Below are positions 1 to 13,572 of a stretch of DNA of 64,000 bases, in pieces (position 1 is the stretch's first letter; each line of letters opens with the position of its first letter). The translations under genes and the position numbers were made by a program. Source of the DNA: Octopus vulgaris (Eukaryota); assembly GCA_951406725.2 (NCBI GenBank), contig OX597825.1, positions 13,206,001 to 13,270,000 of the forward strand. Reading direction: 5' to 3'. A model generated the notes under the pieces. It saw only the letters and a program-made list of their open reading frames with translations, ran no database searches and was not told the origin of the DNA.

Positions 1-268
1 AGTGACAAATGATATTTTTTAATCACCGCATTCTTAGCAGTTTAGAAGACCGTCGGATATATATTTTATATTTGCACCAAGTTTAAAACGTTCTAATCCA
101 AAATGAAATAATATAGATCAGGAAGATTCGCCAACTCAAAGACTCGAAAGTTTAGGTTGTCTGGAAACGATACTCTTTTTACTATTGTCTTTCGCATTCT
201 AAAACTTAGATGTTTTTATTCTTCCTCATCTCTCAACCTTTCTCTCTCACTCTGAAACACGCACACAC

Positions 269-320
<52 letters not shown>

Positions 321-323
<3 letters not shown>

Positions 324-623
324 TGTATTTTTACCTTGTTAACAATTAACACGGAAAAATAAATAAATAGTTACCAGGGCAGCAAAAACCTCTCAAGTAA
401 AGGTGTTTAAAGAATATTAATAGCGTTCTGTCTATCGCTATACAAATCCATAATTTTTTGCTAAAATGTCTTATTGACGAGTTTCGTTTTTTCACTTTCC
501 TGAAGAGAAGATTGCATTGTTTATACCATTTATTATTTTGAATAGTATCAGTGGAATTTTCGAAACATGTGTCGAAAGTAAAAATATTTGATTACACCTG
601 CGTTAACTCCATTGTTTTTTATT

Positions 624-627
<4 letters not shown>
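321..627 (+). mobile_element. Short HHR-bearing element between (TA)n tracts (Penelope pseudo-LTR or retrozyme-like)
   Basis: Bounded by (TA)n on both sides. The 5' part matches the reverse complement of 46150-46240 and resembles 16680-16730; the 3' part acacctgcgttaactccatt resembles 16831-16850. Contains the HHR at 494-579. Confidence 0.6.
494..579 (+). ncRNA. Type I hammerhead ribozyme (canonical core)
   Basis: Stem I actttc(494-499)/gaaagt(574-579); core CTGAAGA 500-506; stem II gaagatt/aattttc; GAAA 562-565; short stem III ac-atgt-gt; GTC cleavage triplet ending at 573. Confidence 0.85.
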
Positions 628-689
<62 letters not shown>

Positions 690-922
690 CAGAGAGAGAG
701 AGATACATACATATAGATATTACATAAAGAGATAAATTAACGCAGATATAGATAATACATACATACATCGTTTTTTTCCTCTCTTCATTTGTTTTCTATT
801 TTTATTACTTTCGAAAGGCCAATGCATCTTCTACTTTTCCTGAGGGTCAAGCTAACACATCTTGGTTACTGTTACCTCGCCGGTCTTTGTCTTTTTGTAC
901 AATTTTGAAATACATACATACA

Positions 923-956
<34 letters not shown>

Positions 957-972
957 CATACATACATTCATA

Positions 973-1620
973 CAAAGCTGTACTGTCTGAAGTAAGAAAA
1001 CAGCGTAAAACCTTGTAACAGTATGGCTTGACTATAAGAAGGCATTCGACTCTATCCCTCATTCATGGCTTTTGAAGTGTCTACATCTGGCAAAGGTACC
1101 TACCACTCTAATTACTGTTATAGAGAGACTCACAAAGACATGGACAATAATTCACACCCTTCCAATTGAGAACAGAATAATTGCTTGATACTATAGGCAT
1201 TTCAAAGGGAATATTCTAGGGAGTATCGTGAAAGAGGTCAGCTGCCCTGCAGATATAAATATGTCTTTGAAAATCAAAGAAAAAGAGGATATCTATGGTC
1301 AACTGCTTCGAAACCTCAAGCTTCTATATCCGAAATGTGAATTCATATCCATACCAATAAAAATTGGAGCACTGGGTTTTATTAGTAAATGTTTAAATGA
1401 GAATCTGGATAAACCGATTTTCAGAAAGAGAAATTGACCGGCTGATTCCCACAAGTGCAATCAGTGAGTGGAACCGTAAAAATATGCAAGACTTTTCTGA
1501 AGTTCCAAATGTGAACTTGTCTGTGTAAACTACATAACAAAGACGGAGCCTTGTATATTTGTTGGAAACCGGTTCCCTCCTCTGTGGAAGATTTAAAATA
1601 ATTATAAAAGATAGAAGAGG
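973..1620 (+). mobile_element. Internally deleted non-LTR retrotransposon remnant (RT plus restriction-like endonuclease; R4/Dong/NeSL-like)
   Basis: From 1021 reads VWLDYKKAFDSIPHSWLLKCL (RT motif). A shifted frame near 1195-1222 gives GISKGIF*G (GIFQGDS motif). This is followed directly by EVSCPADINMSLKIKEKEDIY...IPIKIGALG, a typical REL endonuclease C-terminus. Confidence 0.85.
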
Positions 1621-1641
1621 CATACATATATACAAACATAC

Positions 1642-1731
<90 letters not shown>

Positions 1732-1884
1732 TTTCCAGTTTTTTACTTTTCTTATTTCCCGTTTTTCATTTTGTTCACGTTTTTTGACATCCAATACACA
1801 TATATACATGTATATATACACATATGTGTTGGTATGTACATATATGTATAGGGAATACAAAGGAGTGACAGAGAGAGAGAGAGA

Positions 1885-2213
<329 letters not shown>

Positions 2214-2652
2214 GTATATTTATATACATATACTTATTAAGAGGTAAACCTCCGTTGAAACACAAACACTTATTTATTACAAGCACACGATTACATATGA
2301 TAAAACTACATGTATATATATATAAATTTATAGAAATAAGGATAAGATGGTTATTTAAAATACCGATTTAAGCAGGTGGACAGCATGGGAATAAAAACCT
2401 CAAAGGTAATGATTATTATTAAAATTATAATTAAGGGTGTCTAAGAGATACCACCATGCTAGACATAGCAGCCGAACCTTGACTCTAAAACCACATTAAA
2501 TTCTCATACAGCACCTGGAGAGAAGACAAAGAGACAAAATAAACTAGCAAAAAATTTAACTGGATATATATATATATAAATGTGACCGCGTGTGTACCGT
2601 TGGCAATTTTTTTTCCTCTGTCTTCCCTTCTCTGGATATTTCCTTCTACTAT

Positions 2653-2687
2653 GTTTCCAACGAAGAGCTCCGCTCGAAACGTTAAAC
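2653..2687 (+). ncRNA. Short-stem-III HHR-like motif, degenerate core (CCAACGA)
   Basis: gttt-CCAACGA-a-gagc(tcc)gctc-GAA-acgt-t-aaac, with stem I gttt/aaac. Lies in a repeat (2590-2785) homologous to 28030-28195. Confidence 0.5.
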
Positions 2688-2785
2688 CCTCCTTCTCTCC
2701 TTCTTTCCCGAGCGTCCAATAATACTATATTTGTTCCACGTCCTCGCGTTGTTGTGTTTTTTTGTGCTTTCTTGTTTGGATTAAC

Positions 2786-2819
<34 letters not shown>

Positions 2820-2831
2820 CATATTTATATT

Positions 2832-2940
<109 letters not shown>

Positions 2941-3305
2941 ATATATAAATATGTATATATATATATATATATTTTATATACATACATACACACACAAATG
3001 CATTCATATACATACTCACATAAATAAACTCTCACGCATGCTCCTACACACTCACCCGCACAAATACACATTCCCAGATCTTATATTACAATCATTCTGC
3101 TGAAATAAGCAAGCAGATTAGGACGTAATTGGAAACGTTTCAGGATCGTCAAATCGCCAAAACACTCCAAGACCCTTTTAATGGTTCAACATATAACAAG
3201 GTTCCATAAGGTCCTTTAATGTTTAAACATGTCGCAGAGTTCTTTCATCTTGGAAAACAATTTGGGGAACTGGGCCAACTGTTCACATACTCTTGACGAA
3301 ATATA

Positions 3306-3380
<75 letters not shown>

Positions 3381-4030
3381 CTGTGTGTGTCTGTATGTGT
3401 CTGTGTCCGCGTATGCAGAAAAATTATATCCATACACTTAGATAGGAAAACTTACAAATATGGAAGTTGTCGCACATACATTCACTTTTACGCACGCAGA
3501 CATCTACACATACAGACACAGGCATACACACACGTACGCACACACACACACACATACACACACACATATGGATATCCATACTCTATTTTTTTCCAGTTTT
3601 ATTGTTTATTCTTTTTTCTTATTAGGCCCTCAAAATCTTAAACTAAGTCAATTACTTTGTCGAATCGTTCCAAGTTGTGCGTGTGTTTTATATGTGTATG
3701 TGTGTGTGTGTGTGTGTTTCTCTGTGTGCATTCGTCTGTCTGTGTATTTACGTGTGTATGTTTTTGTGTCTTTCTAAATATATGTGCATCTTTGCCAGTC
3801 CATGTATCTATGTATTTATGTATGCAGGTATGTATTCGTAGATTAACGTGTTTATGTGTGTTTAAATATATATATGTGTATGTGTGTGTGTGTGTGTGTG
3901 TGCGTGTGTGTGTGGGCGTGTGTGGGACGGTGTTTGTTTTTATATGTGTATATTTGTACCTGTATAAGACTACATAATTATAGATCTGCCTAAGCGATTT
4001 TCAGGGATAAGAGGAAGGACGAGAGAGACA

Positions 4031-4074
<44 letters not shown>

Positions 4075-4120
4075 CATGCATATATATATATATGTATATA
4101 TATATATTTACACATACATA

Positions 4121-4181
<61 letters not shown>

Positions 4182-4284
4182 TTACACAAACAAGTTAGAA
4201 ACGAGTAATAATTATCAGAAGGCGTTTACTTCATCAAACCATTCCCTCCTTTTCCTGCACTATCTATTAACAAGTCTTGTAATA

Positions 4285-4743
4285 TTAATCACCAAAGCAA
4301 CCACGATACATGTAATACCGAACCGAATTCAGATTTACTGCCTCATTTATCGTGCAAACACGACCATCCGTTACTTCCCAATCTGGTTTAACTACTTCGA
4401 CCGACAAAATTTTCGTCGACATTGTTTTTCGTTCTGCTTCTTCGGTTTGATTAAATACTGGCTTGTTTGCGATAGGAAGTCCATTTTTGGATAACATACA
4501 ATAACTCTTGTATTTAGAATGTCAGTTTTGTTTTAATCTGTATATCTTATCAGTGATTTGCTATAAAGAAAATATATAATTGTTCTCTTTGTTTTGTTTT
4601 CTGGAGTATTTGATTTAGGATGTGGTGGTGTTGTGGGGGACTTTTGGGGGTTTGTTTTTCTTCTGATATAATCACTTTAATTTGGTATGTTGAATGAGGC
4701 CGCAATCCAGTCAACACGTCAGACGTTTGGTGAGTTACGGGTA
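4285..4743 (-). pseudogene. Degenerate fibronectin type III-like coding remnant
   Basis: TSDVLTGLRPHSTYQIKV matches the FN3 LxxLxPxTxY motif and follows a possible acceptor (ttttgctgttcatag). The downstream frame ...KIYRLKQN*HSKY...PVFNQTEEA is reached only via a frameshift and stop. Confidence 0.35.
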
Positions 4744-4838
4744 CTATGAACAGCAAAACTAGTAAACTACTCACGCAATATAAAGAGAAGCCTATTTATG
4801 TATTTATGTGCGAGTGTTTGTGTGAGCATTATATATAC

Positions 4839-4896
<58 letters not shown>

Positions 4897-5096
4897 AATA
4901 TATATATATATATATATTTTTCCTTGTAAGTTTGGATTTTATTCCCTCAAATAATAATTATTATATATACATATATATACATGTATGTGTGTATATATAT
5001 ATATACATATATACATATGTACATATATATATGTAAACTTACTTGGAAATGGATGCGTCGTGTTCAATTAAAAATAAATATATATTATATAATATA

Positions 5097-5490
5097 CTAG
5101 CAGTATCGCCCGGCGTTGCTCGGGTTTGTAAGGGAAATAACTATATAAGCATTTTTAGAGAGTTATAGCCAAAAAGTAGCAAAAAAATGCATTAAAAATG
5201 GAAAAAAATGATGATAATTTTTTTTTTTAATCGTTGACTCATCGTAGACATTTTTAGAGAGTTACTTCCTTATATAATAGCGAAAAAATGCATTAAAATG
5301 GAAAAAAATGATGGTAATTTTTTTTTTTAATCATAGACTCATCGTAGACGCGCGCTAATACCCAGAAGGGCTCGATATGAATCACGACTATAAGATACCC
5401 GGTTTTGGTTAAACTGCACCGCAAAATGTGGGAGTAGTTAGGAATCTAAATCGTAGGAGACAGACACACAACTTCACTTTTATATATAAA
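5097..5490 (-). mobile_element. Non-autonomous Helitron-like element
   Basis: The minus-strand 3' end is a hairpin (cccgagcaacgccggg) followed by gatactgCTAG. The 5' end reads (t)ttatatataaaagtgaagttgtgtgtc. There is an internal ~100 bp tandem duplication and no TSD or TIR. Confidence 0.75.
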
Positions 5491-5646
5491 ATATATACAC
5501 ACAAACACACATACATGCATATATGGGTAGAGGACGTCACCAATGGTGTAAATAAAATGAAATACGAAAACAAATGAGGTAGAACAACGAGAAGATTATG
5601 GAGAACAGCACAAGTAAGCACGTTGGTGACGTCGTGTATCCGTATA

Positions 5647-5714
<68 letters not shown>

Positions 5715-6989
5715 CTCTCAAAACCAAATGCATCCATCATTTTTAGTATAAAATGTAAATTTATAAGCTTGATATAGATTCTGGAAGTTTCGCAGCAGTT
5801 GTCCATAGTTATCTTCTTTCTCTTAAATTGTTTTCAAAAAGATCCGCAAATCCGCAAGACAGTTTACTTCTATGGCAGTACATACTTTTTCTTGTCTGCA
5901 TGTATACATGTATCTACATAAGTATGTATGTGTATATAGGTATACGTTCACAAATTTATGTTATGAGCACAATTTCTTTCACAACTTTTCGTTGCTTATG
6001 TTGTTTAATTCCTCGTCAGCCCCGATTAAGTAAACGTATGATCAAAAATGTTCCACTAATGCCATAACCATTCTTATTTCATCAGGCATGGTATTACTAG
6101 GCTTGCCTCAAACAATATGCCATTTATTTTTAAAGGTCGCAAGGATTCATTTCACGCATATTTGGCTATTATTTCTTGCAGGTCGAAGAACTGATACAGT
6201 TTCTTCAGCTGGTTCGTCTTTCCTACGCTGTTGATGATAATAGTAATGCGAAATACATCGAGACAATAATTACGTTAAGTTCTTTACACAGATTCTTCTA
6301 ACCCGATTTTACTCACAAGGTTTAGGTCGACATGGGGTTATCTCAAGGAACATGTCACACAATGGAAACGAATTTGGGATTTCATAGTTGCAAAAAACAA
6401 TCTTTTTTATCTTTTGACGATGTTTTTCACTTCCAACAGGTACGGTGTATACTATCTAACATTTTTGTTCGTCTTTATACATTTTCAGTTGACAACACAT
6501 ACTCTTCTCTCTAGTTACTGTTGAGCAACGCATACACTGCTTCCGACTTTTGTTAAAGCCATCGTCAGGATCTGCTTACTTTCCCTTAGCTGTTGACAGA
6601 ACGTAGCAAGCGATAATTTATTTTTAAAATGTAAACTTACAGGAATAGGAGGGTTTACATAATGTTACACTTGTCTTCACGTATTAATTGACTCTTGGGG
6701 TGGGGAACCGATATAATGTTCCCTCTGAAATTGGGTAAAATCAGTGAAATTTAGCCAAAGTCTTAACAATAAACGAAACAATTTGATCGGCACCACAACT
6801 GAAATTGGTGAGAGTAATTTGATCAAAGCACGTGTGTTATGATTCTAGTCAAGCTGAAAATGTGTTTATTAAACTTTTGGTTACATGTCAAAACATTTTT
6901 ATCTCAAATAAACTGATTTTTTGGTTCATTGGAAACCACCATGTAAAGAATATTTTATAGTTTTTGATTTTTAATCAACCAAAAGAACA

Positions 6990-7575
6990 TTCAAACATCA
7001 AAGCCTGTAGACTTTATGTGTGTAAATGACTTGAAATATTTAGGTTCATGAGTAGAAAGTTCAAAGAATTTAAAGATAAAGAAGGAAGCATTCAACTGGA
7101 AAGGTCAGCAATGAACAAGATGTTTGCAGTATTGGAATCAAATCTATCTAATGACCTCGAAATATAGTTTTATTTGAACTGCTGAAGAAAGCAAATTGAT
7201 ATATGGATCTGAATACATACAAAAGTAATGGAAACTACATCAAATGGAACATATACCAAGGGGTTAAAGAAAGTAGGGGATATTTCCAGGAAACAACATT
7301 TGGCGAACATTGTATTATATGAAAATATACCATTATTGATATAAACTTCAAAGAACGCAGGCTTAAATTTGTGGGACATTGTTGGCAAAACATAGATGAA
7401 GTTGTACGACAAATATTATTATGGGAACCAGTTAGATGGTAAAAAATAAAAATGAAGGGGCAGCCCTTGTCAATGTCATGTATAACAGTTGTTGGAGGAC
7501 AAGAAACTTGAAACAAAGATGATGCTGAGATAATGGAGGATAGGAGAGCATAAAGGCATCTGATCAATAGGATCT
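6990..7575 (+). mobile_element. Decayed RTE-clade LINE (C-terminal RT region)
   Basis: VNDLKYLGS (FKYLGS motif) near 7024-7050 and RLKFVGHCWQNIDEVVRQILLWEP near 7360-7430; many stops and frameshifts. Confidence 0.75.
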
Positions 7576-7736
7576 GAATATGTTTATTATGAGATGATAT
7601 GACAGATTCACTGAGTCGTGACTGTAGTCATTATGTGTTTATTTATATAAATGTGAGTATATATATACGTATTCTACATTCGTATTTCTACATTCCTACA
7701 CTTATACATATATGTGTGTTTCTACAACCCTAAACT

Positions 7737-7794
<58 letters not shown>

Positions 7795-7953
7795 TGTGTT
7801 TATTTACTATTACTCCAATTTACAGCAACAACCTTCCAGGAAGCGAAAGGGTTTCGATTAACTTCGCCAATTTCCCCAAATTTATTGTAAAATCTGTCTT
7901 CTCAGTTTGAGCATTATTATTATTATTATTATTATTAGTAGTATTATTATTAT

Positions 7954-8008
<55 letters not shown>

Positions 8009-8090
8009 GCTGGTGCTGGTGGTGGTGCTGGTGGTGGTGCTGGTGCTGGTGGTATGGCGGTGTTAGGGTGATGGTAGTAGTAGTATTAGA

Positions 8091-8323
8091 AAGGCGGCGA
8101 GCTGGCAGAAACGTTAGCGCGCCGGGCGAAATGCTTAGCGGTATTTCGTTTGTCGCAACGTTGTGAGTTCAAATCCCGCCGGGGTCGACTTTGCCTTTCA
8201 TCCTTTCGGGGTCGATAAATTAAGTGCCAGTTACGCACTGGGGTCGATGTAATCGACTTTATCTCTTTGTCTGTCCTTGTTTTTCCCCTCTATGTTTAGC
8301 CCATTGTGGATAATAAAGAAATA
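8091..8323 (+). mobile_element. tRNA-derived SINE family A
   Basis: Head aaggcggcgagctggcagaa...gagttcaaatccc (A/B-box-like), body gcctttcatcctttcggggtcgataaa, tail aaagaaata; many copies in the window. Confidence 0.85.
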
Positions 8324-8398
8324 GGTAGTAGTAATATTAGTAGTAGTGGTGGTGGTGGTGGTGAATGCGGTGACAGTAGCAGTAGCAGTTGTAGTAGT

Positions 8399-8440
<42 letters not shown>

Positions 8441-9043
8441 TGTTGTTGTTGTTGTTGTTGTTGTAGAGAAGCCCTTTCATGCATAATCAAAGGGAGAACT
8501 GCTTCTGTGATTCTGCGATTCTGAGATTCTGAGAACTGATGGCAGACTGATGTAGGGATGCAGTAGAGTGGCGGAGAGGTTGGGGGCAGTGCAGGTCGCG
8601 CGGGGGGGGGGGAAATGGATAAACAAATATATAAAAAAAAAACACAGAAAAAAAACACTAACTTCTACACTGAACCTAATTATTTTCTATTTCACTGTTA
8701 AATCTAAAACGAAACATAACCAAAACGATGTCAAGTCATTTAGATAAACTGCTTAAAATCTAAACAAAATTCTGAAACGAAATCTCTGCATAGAAGTTCT
8801 TCAAAGGATAGGAAGCGGTTGACGAAGTGTAACTGAGAACGGCGGGGGTGAGAATGTGGGGTGAGAATGTGGGCGATCTTAAGGGCTCAGAGTAATCTAA
8901 GTCCCTAACATAACTGTCAGATTTTTTTTATTATTTTAAAAGGCGTTCGTAAATATATCACTTTGCACGTATTTCTCTGACAGCATGCATGTATGTGTAC
9001 GTATCTGGTTTTTTTTATATATATATACATATTTATGTGTGTT

Positions 9044-9297
9044 GTGGAGGAGCGTGGCTTAGTGGTTAGGTTGTCAGCATCATGATCGTAAGATTGTAGT
9101 TTCGATTCCTGGAGCGGGCGACGCGTTGTGTTCTTGAGCAAAGCACTTCATTTCACGTTGTTCCAGTCCACTCAGCTGGCAAATATGAGTAACGCTGCGA
9201 TGGACTGGAATCCCGTCCAGCTGGGGATCACATACGCCATTGAAACCGGGAAACCGGGCCCATGAGCCTGACTAGGCTTTAAAAGGGCGCATTTATT
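9044..9297 (+). mobile_element. tRNA-derived SINE family D (tail type 2)
   Basis: tRNA-like head gtggcttagtggttagg...gtttcgattcc; tail gaaaccgggcccatgagcc is shared with 21861-22150. Confidence 0.8.
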
Positions 9298-9920
9298 TTC
9301 ATATATGTGTGTATGTATGTTGGTTTCTTTGTATGTGAGTATGCATGTATGTAAGCGTGTGGGTGTGTGGGTGTAAATTGTGTTCGTCTATGTGGATGTT
9401 AGGTTGTTTACATGTTTATATATATATATGTGTGTATGTGTGTGTGTGTGTGCAGAAAAGGATCAAAGGTCCTTTCTGAAACCCTAGGTTCATAAGACCG
9501 GTTTTCCCCTTTTACCATCTGAATGGACTAGAGCAACGTGAAATGAAAACATGGCATCTACCGGTCCTGGAATCGAAACCACAACCCTGTGAACATGAAC
9601 GCAAACCCAAAACCATTATAACCGATTCTACTATAGGCACAAGGCCTGAAATAAATTAAAATTAACTAGTACTTAATTTATTGACACCGAAAGGATGAAC
9701 TGCAAGATGGGATGCAGTTTATTTGTATTGAATTAATAAATAAGAACTGACGTAAGTCAATTGTGTTCAATATTTTTTCATTTTCTTGTTTTCTTGAAAT
9801 TTATATATACATGCATATATAAACTTTTATATATATATGTATATATAAACTTAAAAGAAAACAGAAAATGGAAATATATATATATCCACACATCTATATA
9901 TATATATATATATATATATA

Positions 9921-10513
9921 CTAAGTAATTAAGGGTTTAGCAACAATTTGCCTCACCACACACCGAATTTAGAAATAGCAGGCAAAAGAGAAAGAAATGA
10001 CGATAACCATTCTACATTAAGTCACCTACGGACGTACGTTTCGGAACTAAGCCATAGGAAAGCATAAAAATTAAATAATTATGTCTTACCTAACTATTTT
10101 CCTCCTCAGCGTAGGACTCTACAATTATAAATAATTGCGTCTCAATTATTAATAATTGTGTATTAAATTTGAAGGCACTAGAAGACATCACCTCAACTCA
10201 TGGTATCAGAGCGAGCGTAAGCCATTACCAGTATCACCAAATTCAATGGGTGAATGAAAGTATGTCACCATCTCCCCTCCGTCAGCGTGCTGCCAAAATA
10301 AGATGCTACAGGTTTTTTTATTGGGATGAAATATAATTATCAATAATAATATAGGGTGAAATTAATTAATTTGGAATAATCATCAATTTCACCAAGTAGA
10401 TTTCGGCATGTAAAAGCCCCATTCAAGGAAGGTTTAAGTAATACTAAGTAATTAAGGGTTTAGCAACGATTTGCCTCACCACACACCGAATTTAGAAATA
10501 GCAGTCAAAAGAG
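9921..10513 (-). mobile_element. HHR-bearing element with ~70 bp direct terminal repeats (period 523 bp), in (TA)n
   Basis: ctaagtaattaagggtttagcaac...ccgaatttagaaatagcag..aaaagag occurs at 9921-9990 and 10444-10513; internal HHR; TA-rich flanks. Confidence 0.7.
10025..10115 (-). ncRNA. Type I hammerhead ribozyme (canonical core, palindromic stem III)
   Basis: Minus strand reads cctacg-CTGAGGA-ggaa...ttcc-GAA-acgtacgt-c-cgtagg: perfect 6-bp stem I and GTC cleavage triplet. Confidence 0.9.
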
Positions 10514-10564
10514 TTTTGGCTATTCTTATATATATTATATAATATTATATATTATATTATATAT

Positions 10565-10623
<59 letters not shown>

Positions 10624-10705
10624 TTACTTGGAGAAATAAGAAAGTGACGCTAGGCGTTCAATCATATAATAACAATTTAACAAATAAAACATATGCATAC
10701 ATACA

Positions 10706-10738
<33 letters not shown>

Positions 10739-11138
10739 GTACATACCTACATCTATATATATATATATATACATGCATATGTATATAGATATGAGTACAG
10801 GACACCACAAATAAAGGTAGAACACAACGAGAAACGAAAACATAAAAACAAACAAGGAAATTGACTTTTTTTAACAACGAAAAAACAGAGTACAACACAA
10901 ACAATACAAGGAATATTCCCCTTAATCAGCTGCCCCTGGTTCGACTCAATGCGTGTTTCGAAGGTAAGGGCAGAACACGATCCGGCCGAAGCAATCCTTC
11001 CTGCAAAATGAATTAAATAAAATTCTTTTGCAGAGGAGTAAAAAAAAGTGGCACATTGGGCATGTATCGACAACTATAGCTTCGGGCCGACCACAGCTTT
11101 GTGAGTGGATTTGTAGATGGAAACTGAAAGAAGCCTGT

Positions 11139-11188
<50 letters not shown>

Positions 11189-12320
11189 TGGGTGTGCGTG
11201 GGTGTGTGTGTCTGTGTGTCTTTGTGTTTATATTTGTCCACTTACCATCGCCTGACCACCGATGTTGGTGAGCTTGCTTACCCGTAGCATAGCGGTTCGA
11301 CAAAGAAACCGACAGAATAAGTACTTATTGGGCTTACAAACGAAGACCTCCTGGGGGTCGATGATTTTTTTTTTCCACTAGAAATTCCTTGAAGTATGTG
11401 CTCCAGCATGGCCGCAATCAAATGAGAGAAGCCGTTAAAGGAATAAAAGTATGTAGACAGAGGGAGGGAGCGGGGAGATGGGGAATGCAAGACGTAGAGA
11501 AAGAAAAACACACAGACAGATACACAGACAGACAATCAGACTGACTGAAGGAAAGACTTACATTCTGAGAATTGGAATAACAAGCAATCAAAGCCGGTAC
11601 GTTCAGCGTGGAACATAAGGGTAATTTGATGAGCTCAGCAAAGTCTAGTTAGCCTCGTTGCTTCAACCGCCCGCACACCCTTTCCTTTCCCTTCCCCTCC
11701 GCTAAACATCATTATCCCATCCAACGTAATTATAATAAATCTATCAATCTACGTTTTGGAATCCTTGTTCTTGTACTGTCCAACGTTGCTCCTCGTTCCC
11801 CCTATCTGGTATTAATTAGAGGCGGGTTTTTGCTGATATGGCAAGACATTATACATTACAACGAAATGATTTGAAGGTCGGGTGGTGAAGTGTGTGGGGG
11901 TGGGGTAGTTCCTGGTTGAAGCATTTTGTTCAACTGGTAATATACCTTATGAAACGGATATGCTCTAATTTGGCTGTGTGGAGTATGTGTGCTTCATTAA
12001 GAAGAGAGGAGACTTGAGAACGAGAGAGGGGGAGGTGAGGAGGGATGGAAGAAGAGAAATGGTGTGTGTGTGAGTGAGAGAGAGAGAAAAGGGGTGAAGA
12101 GGTAATGGGGAGAAAAGAGAGTCAGCTAAAAGGAGAGTAATCTTTTGGGCTAAAAAAAATAAAAAGCTGGAATTTAGGGTACGTTTGGGTGTGCGTTATA
12201 AAAACGAGGGAATTTTGCAAAAACGGGTTATGAATGGCAAATAAATGTCTGTGTATGGATGTATGTATGCCTTTATCTATCTATCTATCCATCCATACAT
12301 CCATACATACATATGTATAT

Positions 12321-12368
<48 letters not shown>

Positions 12369-12459
12369 AGAGTTTACGAAAAAAAACAACAAAAGACGAA
12401 GACAGGTGGTGTACAAAAGAAACAGATGTATTAGTATAACGCTCAGGAATAGAAAAAGT

Positions 12460-12495
12460 CTTTTACGTTTCGAGCCTACGCTCTTCGACAGAAAA
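12460..12495 (-). ncRNA. Short-stem-III HHR-like motif, core CTGTCGA
   Basis: Minus strand reads tttt-CTGTCGA-a-gagc(gtag)gctc-GAA-acgt-a-aaag, inside a repeat (12365-12540) shared with 37865-38055 and 48043-48685. Confidence 0.55.
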
Positions 12496-13470
12496 GGACA
12501 CAGAAAACAAGGAGAGAAAAAATGTATGTAGTGGCTAAAATACAGATGCAAATATGTACAAATACATATTTTTCATTCTTGCACTTGTCTCAGTCATTTG
12601 GCAGTGGTCATGCTGGAGCACCGCATTTAGTCGAGCAAATCGACCCCAGGACTTATTCTTTGTAAGCCTATCGGTTTCTTTTGCCGAACCGTTACGCTAT
12701 GGGAAGGTAAGCACACAAACATTGGTTGTGAAGCTGGTGGGGGACACATACGCCACAGAAATCGGGAAACTGGGCCCATGAGCCTGGCTAGGCTTGAAAA
12801 AGGGCGCATAATAAATAAAATAAAGACACGACCGCATGCATTTGCACGTACAAACACACATACATAGAGACACATATACATAAAAACAGATAGACACATA
12901 CACATAAAAACATCTACGCACCTAGGCACACACACACACACAGACATACGCATGCAAACACATATACGCACGCATGAGCGTACATATAGAGATACAGACG
13001 CACATACCTAGATACATACATAGACGCTCAGACATCCACACATCCACACACAAATATATGAATAAATGTATGCGCATATATATGACACATACATAGGTAT
13101 GCATATAACAAACACATACATAGACATGCACTCATCTACACACCAACACACGCACGCATAGACATACATACAAAGAAACAGACGGACAAAAATGCATACA
13201 TGCACATATATATATATATATATGTGTGTGTATGTGTGTGTGTGTGTGTGTGTGCGTGTGTGTTTGTGTGTCTGTGTTTGTCCCCCTAGCATTGCTTGAC
13301 AACCGATGCTGGTGTGTTTATGTCTCCGCCACTTAGCGGTTCGGCAAAAGAAACCGATAGAATAAGTACTGGGCTTACAAAAGGATAAGTCCTGGGGTCG
13401 AGTTGCTCGATTAAAGGCGGTACTCCAGCATGGCCGCAGTCAAATGACTGAAACAAGTAAAAGGGTAAAG

Positions 13471-13572
<102 letters not shown>

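Noticed and set aside
5985-6025. Minus-strand CTGACGA...GAAA
   Set aside because: No stem II or stem I pairing.
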